Source: a virus (Duplodnaviria; Caudoviricetes). From it: a stretch of 64,000 nt of DNA. Both the position numbers and the translations under genes were made by a program. The stretch lies in IMG/VR virus record IMGVR_UViG_3300047160_009226, positions 32,001-96,000 of that record, one strand, 5' to 3'. The notes under the pieces are model-generated. The model did not search any database. It was not told where the DNA came from and saw nothing but the letters and a program-made list of their open reading frames with translations. Shown piece after piece: positions 1 to 9,288 of the stretch; the stretch's first letter is position 1; each line of letters opens with the position of its first letter.

Positions 1-609
1 TGCCAAAGCTGCCATGGACAATCCCGTCGAGTCACTTGAACCAAAGATTGAGCCTCGCGGGTCGGGGACCCAATTCGTGTCGATGCCTGCCTGGTTCGAT
101 GACGTCGAGTCGCTATGTCCAGGTCCTCGTTCCCTTCGAACATCTTCGTCATCGGAGCCAATCCCTGTCTCATCCTCTGAGGAGAGTAATTGATCTCCGG
201 ATTGATGCACTTCGGATCGAGCATTTTCTTCATGATTCTCATCCCCAAACTCATCAACCATAGAGAGCATACAATCAAACCGAATTAGCTCTCCAATTGA
301 TGGCCACCTAATTGCCAACTCATTGGGATTCATCTTCCGAAAATCACTCTTGAGTTTTTCAACATCTCTCTTTAGCTCAAATAATGGACAAACTCTGGCC
401 TTGTTGTTCCAACATTGGGATGCACCATTTTCATGTAACCCCATTGCTCCAATTTTGCAGTTCCATATATTCTCACCAAGTTGAATTCCGTGATTCAAAC
501 AGTTTGTGGTACTTTTAACGGTGAATTCTGATATGAATGCACGTTCGGCTTGCTTGGCTTTTCGAGTCAAGCGTCTCTTAACCCATTCTCTCAACTCTTG
601 TATATTCAT
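1..609 (-). CDS. hypothetical protein (Cys-containing N-terminus, acidic C-terminus), runs off the left edge
   Basis: Read by hand from ATG at 609: MNIQELREWVKRRLTRKAKQAERAF...; open to position 1 with no stop, so absent from the ORF track. Confidence 0.7.
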   Translation of the reverse strand, partial: MNIQELREWVKRRLTRKAKQAERAFISEFTVKSTTNCLNHGIQLGENIWNCKIGAMGLHENGASQCWNNKARVCPLFELKRDVEKLKSDFRKMNPNELAIRWPSIGELIRFDCMLSMVDEFGDENHEENARSEVHQSGDQLLSSEDETGIGSDDEDVRRERGPGHSDSTSSNQAGIDTNWVPDPRGSIFGSSDSTGLSMAALA

Positions 610-623
610 AAACTTATCGTGAG

Positions 624-669
624 AAAAAACCGGGCAAGTCCTACGCCGCATTGAGACTCACCCGGTTTT
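624..669 (-). terminator. intrinsic terminator
   Basis: Minus strand AAAACCGGG-TGAGTC-loop-GACTTG-CCCGG-TTTTTT directly after the stop at 690. Confidence 0.75.
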
Positions 670-689
670 GCGGAGATAATCTCCAAAAA

Positions 690-1217
690 TTACTTATAGT
701 ATGACGAGTATCCCTCGTAAGCAGATCCGCCAGGGGTCTTGCTGAAGTCATTATGGTCCTTGTCTTTCGGCCGAAGTGCTACAAAGAGAGTAATCGTCCC
801 CGTGTTCGCCGTCGAAGTCCCCCCGACAATCAACGGCGCACCTGCTCGCAAAATATTCAACCCCTGTCCCAGTGTATCTGGCTGGATCGTAAACACATTC
901 AACGTGCCCGGCTGAAGAATCGCCGTACTGAATGGTTGTCCGGTAACGTCCAAACAATTTGCTGTCGTCAAAAATTGATTCGGAACAGCAGGTTGGATCA
1001 CACCATGTAGTGTATAAGCTCCATACCCTAAGGTAAATGGAGATGCCACTGCTGTTGTTACCACATCAACCAGTGCTCCCATTGCCACGACCTGATAATC
1101 GTAGAAGGGATTCAGGAACAGTACCGCTGCCTCCCCAGTGGGAATCGCACTCAACTTCATCGGAAAATTCACCACTCGATCCTTGAGTGCCGGAATGACA
1201 TTTCGTGATCTGATCAT
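690..1217 (-). CDS. putative virion structural (head decoration-like) protein
   Basis: Beta-rich small-residue protein, last gene of the RxA cluster before a terminator; likely start MIRSRN after AAAGGGG RBS (track start 1280). Confidence 0.4.
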   Translation of the reverse strand: MIRSRNVIPALKDRVVNFPMKLSAIPTGEAAVLFLNPFYDYQVVAMGALVDVVTTAVASPFTLGYGAYTLHGVIQPAVPNQFLTTANCLDVTGQPFSTAILQPGTLNVFTIQPDTLGQGLNILRAGAPLIVGGTSTANTGTITLFVALRPKDKDHNDFSKTPGGSAYEGYSSYYK

Positions 1218-1276
1218 TTTTTTCCCCTTTAAGGAAGCCCTTATGCTTCCCGTCGCAGGAATTATTCGTATCCCTA

Positions 1277-2791
1277 TCAATCCGCCGGAATGCTTTCAAT
1301 CTTGTCAAGAAGTCTGCAGTACTGTCGATTCACCCCTTCATAGTCGATCTTCCCGGAGGCCGTCACCAGACGATTATTCTTGCCCTGATATTCGGCAGCT
1401 CCATTCCAGTAGGGCAAGAGTTCCATCGGAACGAAATCCGGTCGAGCTATACGCACTTGTCGAGGCGTCTCTCGATACGCTATCCGTGTTGATGCCGTCC
1501 TTCCACGGCTCGCCGAAGCAGCCCGACCACGATAAAACTTCAAAGCACCACGGTACTTGTCATCGATGACATAGTAATCGACATCGCCACTGCGATCTAG
1601 CAACCGTCCCTCGCTGGCAATCCGTTGTGCAGCCCGATGCCACAGACCATGCATCTCCTTAGGAACGTGAATAGGTCTGTAGACCTTCACTTCAGCTTCA
1701 TTTCTGTTCCCATTCCTCCTGACATCTCTATTGCGGGAAGACTTCCGTCCCCGATACTGACCCGACAGCCCGCCCAGCGGCTGATCCCGCTCCACGTTAT
1801 CGCCAGGCTCGTCGTTCAAGAGATCGTCGGGATCCTTCACTTCGGGCTTCACTTGACGATCAGCCATGCGTTCAATCACAGAACGTGCCCGTCCCCGACG
1901 TGTGCTGCTGGTGCGGATATCGTTGAAATTCTGCCGATTCGGCGGCTCAACACCTCGGCGATGATGACCGGAATCTGGTCCCGTGTCATTGTCGGTCTGA
2001 GCATAGGTGCCATAAAACTGAAGCGTCCCACCTTCCTGATCGACATCAACCGGCTTGGCAATATCCTCATCCCCGGACTCACCCAGATCAGCCGTCGACA
2101 ATCGATCCTCAGAGCCAAACGTACCAATGTCAACATCCATGTCAGTGTCGGCGTCGATCTTAGCAGCCGATCTTCCCTGCGAAGAACCCATCGCCATTGT
2201 CGCAGCCCGGCGAACCTGATCCCACTGTCCTCTGCGTGCAAATTCGGCAAGATCCGCAGGAGACAGATCGTTAAACGGCCATGATGTCCTTCCTGCCTGT
2301 CGTCCACGAGAACGATTCCGACCCGACTGCACTAAAATCCGATGCTTGTCCTTCCCGCTCGTAGACTGAGCAAAGTCCAAATCAGAAAGGATATCAGCAG
2401 GATTCTTATCAATGGCTTTCGCCAGAGAATCATTCCCGATTGGTGCTTTGTGGTAGTCGTCGGCCTCGTAAGAGTCATCGTAGGCCGCTTCCGGTCCCCA
2501 TGCTCCCTGCTCTCCGTCGGGATCTCCCGCCGCTGCAGTGCGAGCTACTCTCGTAGCTTCAGTATCCAATTCATTGGACACCGTATCCAGGTTAGCCGCT
2601 AAGGCCATGAGCCTCTTAGCATGTCTCGGATATTTTTGGGACAAATCCTGGACCGAATCGGCCAGGTCGTCGAGTTCCGATGTTACAGGGTGTCTCTTCT
2701 GACGCTGTGGCTGCTCTGACGAGCCCTGGACTTCATCATCATCCAGATCGTCTAACTCTGAAGCCGCCAGGCGTCTCGTTTTATTGGCCAC
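1277..2791 (-). CDS. putative prohead core/scaffold-like protein (acidic and Arg-rich, RxA motifs)
   Basis: 504 aa, low complexity; RRLAA, RVARTAA, RRAA, GRTAS motifs. Confidence 0.5.
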   Translation of the reverse strand: MANKTRRLAASELDDLDDDEVQGSSEQPQRQKRHPVTSELDDLADSVQDLSQKYPRHAKRLMALAANLDTVSNELDTEATRVARTAAAGDPDGEQGAWGPEAAYDDSYEADDYHKAPIGNDSLAKAIDKNPADILSDLDFAQSTSGKDKHRILVQSGRNRSRGRQAGRTSWPFNDLSPADLAEFARRGQWDQVRRAATMAMGSSQGRSAAKIDADTDMDVDIGTFGSEDRLSTADLGESGDEDIAKPVDVDQEGGTLQFYGTYAQTDNDTGPDSGHHRRGVEPPNRQNFNDIRTSSTRRGRARSVIERMADRQVKPEVKDPDDLLNDEPGDNVERDQPLGGLSGQYRGRKSSRNRDVRRNGNRNEAEVKVYRPIHVPKEMHGLWHRAAQRIASEGRLLDRSGDVDYYVIDDKYRGALKFYRGRAASASRGRTASTRIAYRETPRQVRIARPDFVPMELLPYWNGAAEYQGKNNRLVTASGKIDYEGVNRQYCRLLDKIESIPAD

Positions 2792-2824
2792 AGTAGCAGC
2801 CCTCCCGGGTTAAACCGTAGGAAT

Positions 2825-3499
2825 TTACTCATAGTGGGGAACTGTAATCTTGTAAGCCCTGCTTCCATTCTCCAAAGTCGATCCATGTTTTTTGGCAATT
2901 CGACCCAACACAGAGGCTTCATCGCGAGAATTCAGTTGGCCTTTATATGCGTAAATATATGTCGCTGTCTTTCCAGAAGAATTAGGTGCAACCGTAAAGT
3001 CTACTCCCAGATCATCTAGCTCGTTCTCAATTCGAGAAACTCGTTCAGTGGCTTCTTGTTCCGCTTCCAAAGTGTTGGCCATCCGATCCAATCGTAAAGC
3101 CATACCTCGAAGATTGCTCGCCTCACGAGGAATCTCCTTGCCCAACCCTTCTAAGTGGTCAGAAATGCGATCCAGAGCCTTGCCCGATGCAAATCGATCC
3201 ATGCGGTTACCGTTGACATTCGAGTTTTCTGGCGACTTGACTTCGAAATAGTGTGCCCCCTGGCTCTCGGCAACATCAAGAGCCTTCCTGAAATTCACCC
3301 CTCGATCGACGGCCCAACGTTTGAGGTCGATCAACAACTCCTTGAGAGACTCCTGCGGATTCGCCGTGGCGTGATAACCACCGGCATATGTAGCCAAGAG
3401 CTTGTCGATGTTGGCAACCTGCGCCGTCCGACGTCCTGCCGAACGATCGACGGCCCGACTACTCCGCAACTCTCTTGTAGTTTCTTTGACGTTCATCAT
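2825..3499 (-). CDS. hypothetical head-associated protein (RxA motifs)
   Basis: 224 aa; RSAGRRTAQ, RFAS; coupled to the upstream gene by overlapping stop/start. Confidence 0.5.
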   Translation of the reverse strand: MMNVKETTRELRSSRAVDRSAGRRTAQVANIDKLLATYAGGYHATANPQESLKELLIDLKRWAVDRGVNFRKALDVAESQGAHYFEVKSPENSNVNGNRMDRFASGKALDRISDHLEGLGKEIPREASNLRGMALRLDRMANTLEAEQEATERVSRIENELDDLGVDFTVAPNSSGKTATYIYAYKGQLNSRDEASVLGRIAKKHGSTLENGSRAYKITVPHYE

Positions 3500-6492
3500 A
3501 CGGTGATCCCATCAATGAGATCCTTCGATGCTTGAACCACCCCAGACACCAATCTTCGCACGATAAGACCCGCCTGTCGAGGTCTCTGGAGAGTAAACTC
3601 GGTGGTTCGGTTCTCCAAGATGCCATCATTGACCTCAACAGTCGCGTAACGACCACGAGGTGAATCATTTATTCTTGAGAAAAGAATCGATCCCACAGGC
3701 ATCGGAAGATTTTCACGGTCTACCACCGATGCCTGAATCTCAACAGAATCGTCGTAATCGCGAGCCTCGATCGAATATCGGCCACCGTTCCACTTGCCTG
3801 TGCCGGATGCCTGCCGAAGAAGTTCCGATCGAAATGCACTCCAGAGAGATGCCAGACGACCTGCCTCCGGATTCTCCCTGAGCTTCGGACGATCGACGTC
3901 CTGAGCAGTCATTGTCTCTTGCAAGGGTGCTTTAGATTCCTTGTAAAAACCCCCAGCGCCATCCGCTCCAACCCCATCCTGATCACCCACGGTAGGCTCA
4001 GGTTTCAATGGGGCATCACCCTGAGTTCGTGCCCGACGATTCCTACGGGATGATGTGGCATGCTGTCCCTGTTGACCCGGAACCATCTCGCCGTTCTGCC
4101 CACCCTGACCATTCTTCAACATGCCCATGGTACGATCGTAGTCGGACTTGAGAATGTGAGCCACTGCACCACGGTCGTACTTACCCTGAAGAGCGCTGTC
4201 AACCAACTTCAATGTGTTGGTCCAGTCGATGTCCTTGACACCCTTGCCTTCACCAGCAGATCGATGACTGGATACACCGAGAGAAGGATCCAACTTTCCC
4301 TTTAATGCATCCTCTACTGCATTGCGAGCCGCTTGTTCTTGCATACCATACTTCTGTATCAACAAATTCATCACCCAAACAGGATTTTCTCCTTCCTTCA
4401 ATCTCCTCCTTACATCCCTCCTAGCAAAATCCCATTCATCAGCTAAACGTCGAGATGCACCACGACTCGCATATTGCAAGTTCGTATCCACATCGCTGTC
4501 GTCGAAGTGTCGGACCTTGACCTCAGCTCCATCTTCCTTGAGTTCTTTCATCTTTTTGTCATATTCATCCTTGGACTTGCAAACGACCTTTTCCCAATTG
4601 TCACCGGGATACTTGAAAGAGATCTCACATCGTGTGAAATCTTCCGTAGCCCTTCGCCAATGAGAAAATTTTCGACTCTCATATTCTTCGGGGAACAGGC
4701 GTTCCCGGACCTCAGGTGGGAGTTTTCTTCCGGGGAACGCTTCCTCGTATGTCGGCAGTGGCGAATCCTCCCCATCCCCGAATTCAACACCCTCACTGGG
4801 ATATTCAAGGGGACCGGGATCAAAGGGCAATGCCTTATCATCCTTCTCATTTCTTCTGATCTTTGCCTTGCGAGACGATTCCCGAGTCAAGGACGTGGAC
4901 TTAGCTGGATCCGTACCAAAGAAGGAAAGTGTGCCGTGCCCAAACTGATCGTGATAGTCATCGACTTCGTTAGACTCATCACCCGCTACTGGAAGAGTCG
5001 CCGTCGAAAGAGCATCATACGAAAGTTCATCAGCAGCGGCCATGAGCCTGCGTGCTGTAATGGGATCCAACCGACGAATCTCTGATGCAACCTTTCTCAA
5101 TATGCCTGCTTTCTGTCGAGAAGCCCCCCTACGCGAAGCTTCAGGGCTCTCCCTCAACTTAGGACGTGTGACATCCTGAGCTTCCATCGGAATCTTCAGG
5201 GGAGAACCGGGAATCACTGTCGCAGGCGCTCCACCACCAGTCGGCTGCTGTTCATCGTCGATGGCTCGATCCTTGCCGGTATCCGGGAGAGCAACGGTCG
5301 TCCATCGTTCAAAGTAATCGTTGCCCTTGAGACCGAGATCAGGATCAGGCATCTTTTTGCCTGTAAATCCTGTCATCAGATCCATCTTAGCACGACGACG
5401 TGTTGAAATATCGTTTCTCATACCAGAAGCTCCTTGATTGATCCCTCGATATGAAGACAATGATCCATAATGTCGGCGAACAGATTTTGGATTTCGTGGT
5501 GGCGGTTTTATACCAGACTCGTCAACGTCACAGCCACCCGGATTAGAAAAGTTGTCAAGAGCATCCATAGCAGATTGTTCGCTAGAGAAAGGTCCGTAGT
5601 TGGTACAGTCCTTAGGATCGTAAGCATATTCAAAGTTACCGAGTTCCATATACCATTTTTGATCAGTTGCCTTCCAAATTAAACATTGGCGTTGTTGGCT
5701 AGCAACCCGTCTTCGAGATGCACCCTTACGATTTCCGAGCATCTGATTCGGCTGTGGATCTTCATATCGAGGGTCGGTTGGCTTCTCCATAAGTTTTCTC
5801 ATTTTGTCCTGAATCTTAGGAAGCGATCGACTCGCTTCATCATGACTAACATACCCCAGTGCTTTCGCCGCATCTTCGACGGTTACCTCTTCAGGATCCA
5901 TACCACTCATAATAAAATCATGAGCCGCCCTTTCAATGTCAATCCAATCCCACTTATCCATCTTAGCACGACGACGTGTTGAAATATCGTTTCTTATGCC
6001 AGAAGCTCCTTGATTGATCCCTCGATATGAAGATTCCACGGGGATCTCCCAATCATCGTGCTTACCGGTATAACCTCTCGCACCAGGCTGATTAGGAAAA
6101 AGATCCATGTGTGTTAAGTGCTCCCACTCACGAGGACGAGTTCCTGGCTCTTCAGAGTAGTTTTCAACGAACTCCTTCAACTGTTCAAGTAGTGCGATCG
6201 ATTTATCTCGCCTCGCCTCTTTTTTTTCTTTCTCTTTTTTGGGATCCCACAAATTTTTGAATGGTTTTCCAGGAACCACCTCTCCCTTATAACCTTGTTC
6301 CTCAACAATCTCCCATTTCTTTTCATTCTTTATGTGATAGTCAATAGTGTCCAGCACCTGCTGCTTCTTATCATCTCGAATCCTGCCGGTTCGCCAAAAT
6401 TCATCAAGAGCACCAAAACTAGGGTAAAAGTGTCTCGCTACAAATCTGGCTTCATCCAGAGAAAGCATTTTAGTTCCTTCAGACAGCTTCAA
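3496..6492 (-). CDS. large modular head-associated protein (polyprotein-like, RxA linkers, internal duplication)
   Basis: 998 aa; ASRRGASR-type linkers repeated; two copies of SSYRGINQGASG(I/M)RNDISTRRRAKMD; AQDVxRPKLRE twice. Confidence 0.55.
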   Translation of the reverse strand: MKLSEGTKMLSLDEARFVARHFYPSFGALDEFWRTGRIRDDKKQQVLDTIDYHIKNEKKWEIVEEQGYKGEVVPGKPFKNLWDPKKEKEKKEARRDKSIALLEQLKEFVENYSEEPGTRPREWEHLTHMDLFPNQPGARGYTGKHDDWEIPVESSYRGINQGASGIRNDISTRRRAKMDKWDWIDIERAAHDFIMSGMDPEEVTVEDAAKALGYVSHDEASRSLPKIQDKMRKLMEKPTDPRYEDPQPNQMLGNRKGASRRRVASQQRQCLIWKATDQKWYMELGNFEYAYDPKDCTNYGPFSSEQSAMDALDNFSNPGGCDVDESGIKPPPRNPKSVRRHYGSLSSYRGINQGASGMRNDISTRRRAKMDLMTGFTGKKMPDPDLGLKGNDYFERWTTVALPDTGKDRAIDDEQQPTGGGAPATVIPGSPLKIPMEAQDVTRPKLRESPEASRRGASRQKAGILRKVASEIRRLDPITARRLMAAADELSYDALSTATLPVAGDESNEVDDYHDQFGHGTLSFFGTDPAKSTSLTRESSRKAKIRRNEKDDKALPFDPGPLEYPSEGVEFGDGEDSPLPTYEEAFPGRKLPPEVRERLFPEEYESRKFSHWRRATEDFTRCEISFKYPGDNWEKVVCKSKDEYDKKMKELKEDGAEVKVRHFDDSDVDTNLQYASRGASRRLADEWDFARRDVRRRLKEGENPVWVMNLLIQKYGMQEQAARNAVEDALKGKLDPSLGVSSHRSAGEGKGVKDIDWTNTLKLVDSALQGKYDRGAVAHILKSDYDRTMGMLKNGQGGQNGEMVPGQQGQHATSSRRNRRARTQGDAPLKPEPTVGDQDGVGADGAGGFYKESKAPLQETMTAQDVDRPKLRENPEAGRLASLWSAFRSELLRQASGTGKWNGGRYSIEARDYDDSVEIQASVVDRENLPMPVGSILFSRINDSPRGRYATVEVNDGILENRTTEFTLQRPRQAGLIVRRLVSGVVQASKDLIDGITV
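5381..5457. repeat. 77-bp direct repeat, copy 1
   Basis: Matches 5957-6033 with 2 mismatches. Confidence 0.95.
5957..6033. repeat. 77-bp direct repeat, copy 2
   Basis: Matches 5381-5457 with 2 mismatches. Confidence 0.95.
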
Positions 6493-7550
6493 TTGATCCA
6501 GCTAACCATACTTCTCACTCTTTCTGCCAAATCACAGAATACCTCCTCTCCCTCCTCACCCAAGCTCTCACCAATACTCTCCAATTCATTAGATACAGAT
6601 TCCAGTCTCGCGGTAGCCACTCGCCTCACCTGAGATGGGGATCTCATCCACCGTCGACTAGCTGCAGGAAATGGTGCGGGTGCTGGAGGTACTCCCCCCG
6701 GAACCGGTGGAGGTCCTCCCGCTGGTGGCATACCACCTGGCATAGGTGCTGGAGCAGGTGGAGCCCCTGCACCAAAAGGCATCTCTCCTCCCGGAGGCAT
6801 GCCAAGATCTGGTGGGATAGATTGTTCTGGAGGAGCGGCAGCAGCCCCTTGATCTCCTGCCGGAGCTACTGGCTGTTCAGGAGCTTCCTCCTCAATTTCT
6901 TCTTCTACACCCGTATCCTCTGGTCCAAACCGTACAGGAGGTTCTGCTGGAGTAGATTTCTCGTCAATATCTTCAGCGATAAGTTGATGGATATGATCAG
7001 ATACCTTGACTATCTCTGCTTCAGCGTCTTCATCTGGAATCTGGCCAACAAACTGCTCAGCCCCAGAGTCGAAACCGGATATCTGTACTTTTCCATCATC
7101 GTCTACTGTAACTTTCCAAGAAAGATCTTGCACACGAATAGAAAGTTCATTAGGTGCGGATTCCTCAACTACTGCGTCTGCTTCTCCCAATTCGGCCCAG
7201 ATCATTCCCGCAAGTAATTTCAGCCTTGACTTTCTAAGAGTCTCTTTCCCTATCTCATCATCGTTATAATCTAAACCATCATCATCGTCATCATCATCAT
7301 CACCACCAAATAACAAAACACTTTTTTCTCCTTTTTCATACTTATCTTCATCTTCATCGGCTTCTTCCCTAAGATCATCTGTATCTCGATAGATCTTAGC
7401 TGTAGGCTCTACTTCAGTGATTGGAGGTTTGATGTGTTTATCTGGACGATACTCATCCTCATCAAGTGGTTGTGCCGTACGACGTGCATCAGTTGCAACT
7501 CTAGAAGTTCCATTGACCAGAATAGATGCCAATCTATTAATGCGATCCAT
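6489..7550 (-). CDS. acidic/Pro-rich head-associated protein (RxA motifs)
   Basis: 353 aa; N-terminal RLAS..RVAT..RRTA, poly-Asp tract, Pro/Gly-rich segment, RRVATA. Confidence 0.5.
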   Translation of the reverse strand: MDRINRLASILVNGTSRVATDARRTAQPLDEDEYRPDKHIKPPITEVEPTAKIYRDTDDLREEADEDEDKYEKGEKSVLLFGGDDDDDDDDGLDYNDDEIGKETLRKSRLKLLAGMIWAELGEADAVVEESAPNELSIRVQDLSWKVTVDDDGKVQISGFDSGAEQFVGQIPDEDAEAEIVKVSDHIHQLIAEDIDEKSTPAEPPVRFGPEDTGVEEEIEEEAPEQPVAPAGDQGAAAAPPEQSIPPDLGMPPGGEMPFGAGAPPAPAPMPGGMPPAGGPPPVPGGVPPAPAPFPAASRRWMRSPSQVRRVATARLESVSNELESIGESLGEEGEEVFCDLAERVRSMVSWIN

Positions 7551-7634
7551 ATCCGCTCTCTCAGTAATCTTGATAGAATCAATCTACCCTAAACCTACAC
7601 TATGACCCATTCCCGCACCAAACCGCCTTTCAAG

Positions 7635-8318
7635 TTATTCCATCTTTTCGCTGAAAATGGCTTCCAAAAGTTCCTCAGTTGAAAGTTCCTCCCTCATACC
7701 TACAGGGAAGTCACCTCTGCCCACCCCACTCTTTTTAATATCCCATCTACCTTGACTCTTAATAGATCTCAACTGATTTAAATTACGCTCAATTAGTTTT
7801 AATAGCTTTAATTCTTTGCTGTTAGAATAGTATGTCTCCATACGACTGATCGCCAACTGATATAGATACCTAATACTTCCCTGAGATAATCCTAATGCAT
7901 TTGCTGTAGCCACCTGAGATGATGTCCTCACCACTCCAGTGATTGCCCTGACATTCTCACTGGTAAATCCCAAATCAAAAAGAGTTCGTCGTAATTGAGT
8001 CTCAGATGCTAAATTAAAAATACGGTAATGAAGACAGATTCTCTCAGATGCACGGATGACTCTATAAGAGATGTTCTGTTGTTTCACAGAGTACATCTTA
8101 CGTGCTTCTTCCTGTACCAATCCCTTAACCTTAACCAAGTAGATAAACTGAAGTTCTCTGGGAGGGAGTGCTTGTAAAGAACGTCTCAGGAAACTCAACT
8201 GTCTGATCGTCTCTAACGGTATCTTCCTCCTTTTAGGCAATGGAGACCAATCTGGATCGTCCTTCACCAGACGATCTAGTGCCTCCTGGTCGGCCTGTAG
8301 GAAGAGATGCTTTTCCAT
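7635..8318 (-). CDS. sigma-70 region 4-like HTH protein with two HTH units
   Basis: LQALPPRELQFIYL..KGLVQEEARKMYSVKQQNISYRVIRA and SQVATANALGLSQGSIRYLYQLAISRM; no region 2 recognisable; start MEKHL (track 8357). Confidence 0.6.
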   Translation of the reverse strand: MEKHLFLQADQEALDRLVKDDPDWSPLPKRRKIPLETIRQLSFLRRSLQALPPRELQFIYLVKVKGLVQEEARKMYSVKQQNISYRVIRASERICLHYRIFNLASETQLRRTLFDLGFTSENVRAITGVVRTSSQVATANALGLSQGSIRYLYQLAISRMETYYSNSKELKLLKLIERNLNQLRSIKSQGRWDIKKSGVGRGDFPVGMREELSTEELLEAIFSEKME

Positions 8319-8322
8319 TGCA

Positions 8323-9288
8323 TCACTCTTGATGTGTGAACAAAGGGGTCTTCCCACTTTCTTCTAGTAAGTTCCATTCCTTTCTATCAACAAAGTGGCC
8401 CATCTCTAAGATAGAGCATAATTTCTTGATGTTTGAACTGTTGCCTATTGTTCCCTCTAAAACAGACAGATTATCATCAACACTATATAAATTAAATAGT
8501 TTATAGTTCCTTTCAATGATATCCTTCCCCGAAGTAAATTTCTCTTTCTGAAGTGCCGTTTGAAAAACAGACCCCTCATCAATAACTTGAAACAAACTCT
8601 CTAAAGAATTACAACAATTGATCAGGTCTAAAATTATTGACTTAGGAATACGAGGAATCCCCTTTACAGGCCCGCCATCTCCTTCAATGGCCCAACGCAA
8701 TGGCAGTCTCTTGGGCTCGACTCCCCAAAAACCCTGAATCTCTTTCTCTCCCCAAATCGCGTCCTCTTCGCCCTTATTACGGGCAAGTCTTAATATGTAT
8801 GTGTAATCAGACACCAACTGATGTAAATCTTCATCATTGGAAATAATCAAAGAAGTCAGTCCAAAACTTTCAGCTTTTCTTGTAAAAAAGGCAATCTGCT
8901 CATCGGCTTCGTTGTTCTTATGGTAAAGAGAGTGGACCAATGTCCTAAACTTATCACGAAGATTTCCGAGTCGAACACCCCAGTCCGGCTCATTTTCCTT
9001 ATCTTCTGGATTCTTCCGACCTGCCTTATATCCATAGATTTTGCCAGTTGTTTCGTCAGTAATACGAGGAAAAATCGAAAGCCCTCTCGTCGGCTCCCCA
9101 TCCCATACCAAAACAAGTCTTGCAGGATACCAACTCCTGACAATCACCATAATCGCTTGAATAAATCCATATTCCAAACCACAAAAAATATCTTTACTTG
9201 TCTTCCGAAATCGGTTGTTCCACCAACTGCGGTATGCTAAATTACTACAATCTATTATCACGAAATCAAACTTATTTTCCTGATTCAT
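8323..9288 (-). CDS. 5'-3' exonuclease / flap endonuclease (Pol I N-terminal, T5 D15-like)
   Basis: IIDCSNLAYR, LVWDG, YKAGR, EADEQIA, IISNDEDLHQL motifs; start MNQENK (track 9351). Confidence 0.9.
   Translation of the reverse strand: MNQENKFDFVIIDCSNLAYRSWWNNRFRKTSKDIFCGLEYGFIQAIMVIVRSWYPARLVLVWDGEPTRGLSIFPRITDETTGKIYGYKAGRKNPEDKENEPDWGVRLGNLRDKFRTLVHSLYHKNNEADEQIAFFTRKAESFGLTSLIISNDEDLHQLVSDYTYILRLARNKGEEDAIWGEKEIQGFWGVEPKRLPLRWAIEGDGGPVKGIPRIPKSIILDLINCCNSLESLFQVIDEGSVFQTALQKEKFTSGKDIIERNYKLFNLYSVDDNLSVLEGTIGNSSNIKKLCSILEMGHFVDRKEWNLLEESGKTPLFTHQE

Noticed and set aside
5759-5773. 15-bp inverted copy (TCTTCATATCGAGGG) of the end of the 77-bp repeat, suggesting an invertible segment
   Set aside because: It lies in coding sequence (DPRYED), has no recombinase nearby, and inversion would break the ORF; probably chance
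690-7550. Calling any of these genes the major capsid protein
   Set aside because: No HK97-fold signature is recognisable, and the composition is too low-complexity or the length too short
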